This document shows positions 54,440 through 55,222 of a DNA stretch of 55,222 nt, piece by piece (position 1 is the stretch's first letter; every line of letters starts with the position of its first letter). A program made the position numbers and the translations under genes. Source of the DNA: a virus (lineage: Duplodnaviria; Caudoviricetes); IMG/VR virus record IMGVR_UViG_3300012942_000007, positions 1 through 55,222 of that record. The stretch is one strand, 5' to 3'. The notes beneath the pieces are model-generated. The model made no database searches. It had not been told where the DNA came from and saw nothing but the letters and a program-made list of their open reading frames with translations.

Positions 54440-55222
54440 TGAGCGGCATTCTTTCGGGCATCTCTTCGGCCGGCTCGGCTCTCGCCAGCTTCGCCGGTCA
54501 GGGCGGCATCCTCGGTGCCATCGCACAAGCGGGGCAACTGTTTGGCGGCTACGGCACGCCGGTTACGCTTGGGCCGGTCACTCTGCAAAACATGCAGATT
54601 CCCGAGCGCGTCGCCGTGGGCGGTCGGCAGGCCACCAACGTCATCAAGTTGCCGGGCGGTCAACGCGTCATCCAGACCATGGGCCGCGACGATGCGGACA
54701 TGACCTGGACCGGCTATTTCGAGGGGCCTGGCGCCGAGGGATTGGCGCAGCAGATGGACAGCCTGCGGCAGGCAGGGCAGCCCATCCAGTTCGCTTTCGG
54801 GACGTACAGCTTCACGGTTGTGGTCTCCGAGTTCCTGGCGAATTACGAGCGGTCGAACTGGATACCGTACAGCGTCACGGTCACGCCACTTCAGGACAAC
54901 GCCGCCAGTCTGACGGGGCAAACGCCCTCTCTGCTCGATAGCCTGAATAGCGACATCAACAGCGCTGCGGGCTTCGATCTGACGGGCGACGTGGCATCGC
55001 TGGCCTCCGATGCACAAAGCGCCATTTCTTTTGCTCAGCCGCTGGTCAATGCAGCCGGCGCGCTGGGGCTGAAAACGAGCGCGTGGACTTCGGCGCTCTC
55101 CGCCGTGAACACGGCCTCGACGGCCATTGGGGCGGTTCAGGCTGCGTCTGAGGGCACGATAGGCGGCTTCGTCGCGGGGGCGGTAACGGCTGGGAACATG
55201 CTCGGCGTCCCGGTTCAGCAAG
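54439..55222 (+). CDS. Tail tube initiator (gpU/Mu N-like), continues across the join to 236
   Basis: TAATG coupling; 'IPER...GG.Q......LPGG.RVIQ.MG.DD....W.G.F.G'. Confidence 0.78.
   Translation, partial: MSGILSGISSAGSALASFAGQGGILGAIAQAGQLFGGYGTPVTLGPVTLQNMQIPERVAVGGRQATNVIKLPGGQRVIQTMGRDDADMTWTGYFEGPGAEGLAQQMDSLRQAGQPIQFAFGTYSFTVVVSEFLANYERSNWIPYSVTVTPLQDNAASLTGQTPSLLDSLNSDINSAAGFDLTGDVASLASDAQSAISFAQPLVNAAGALGLKTSAWTSALSAVNTASTAIGAVQAASEGTIGGFVAGAVTAGNMLGVPVQQ
55100..55222. repeat. Terminal direct repeat copy 2
   Basis: Identical to 1-123. Confidence 0.97.

Overview
The window is a complete, circularly permuted ~55.1 kb temperate myovirus genome (bases 1-123 are repeated at 55100-55222) from an Alphaproteobacterial host. 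Host evidence: GapR and GcrA homologs, a GAAC-N7-GAAC LexA box and an alpha-type tRNA-fMet; Acetobacteraceae/Rhodospirillales is a guess. Layout: Mu/P2-like baseplate and fibres (1-8.4 kb); an unusual lysis and exported-protein cluster (8.4-14 kb); a promoter-driven tRNA-fMet and tRNA-like RNA cluster next to attP, int and xis (14.2-16 kb); a leftward early operon with MTase, exonuclease, Rad50-like ATPase, RecT, Cas4-like nuclease, HNH and a 20-aa repeat protein (16-26.9 kb); an immunity region with an orphan GtrII-like glucosyltransferase, cI and cro (26.9-29.8 kb); a rightward early/replication operon (29.8-39.5 kb); and head, neck and tail genes with an inserted HigBA-type TA pair (39.5-55.2 kb). 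The strongest novelty candidates are: (i) a short cI lacking the autocleavage domain, faced by a perfect LexA box that precedes an ORF antisense inside cI; (ii) structured tRNA-like RNAs co-transcribed with tRNA-fMet; (iii) an attP carrying the 5' half of tRNA-Thr; (iv) signal-peptide versions of tail-fibre-like domains; (v) a stand-alone S4-domain gene after cro; (vi) a combinatorial LRR-like repeat protein. All product calls rest on motif recognition and synteny; no database searches were run.
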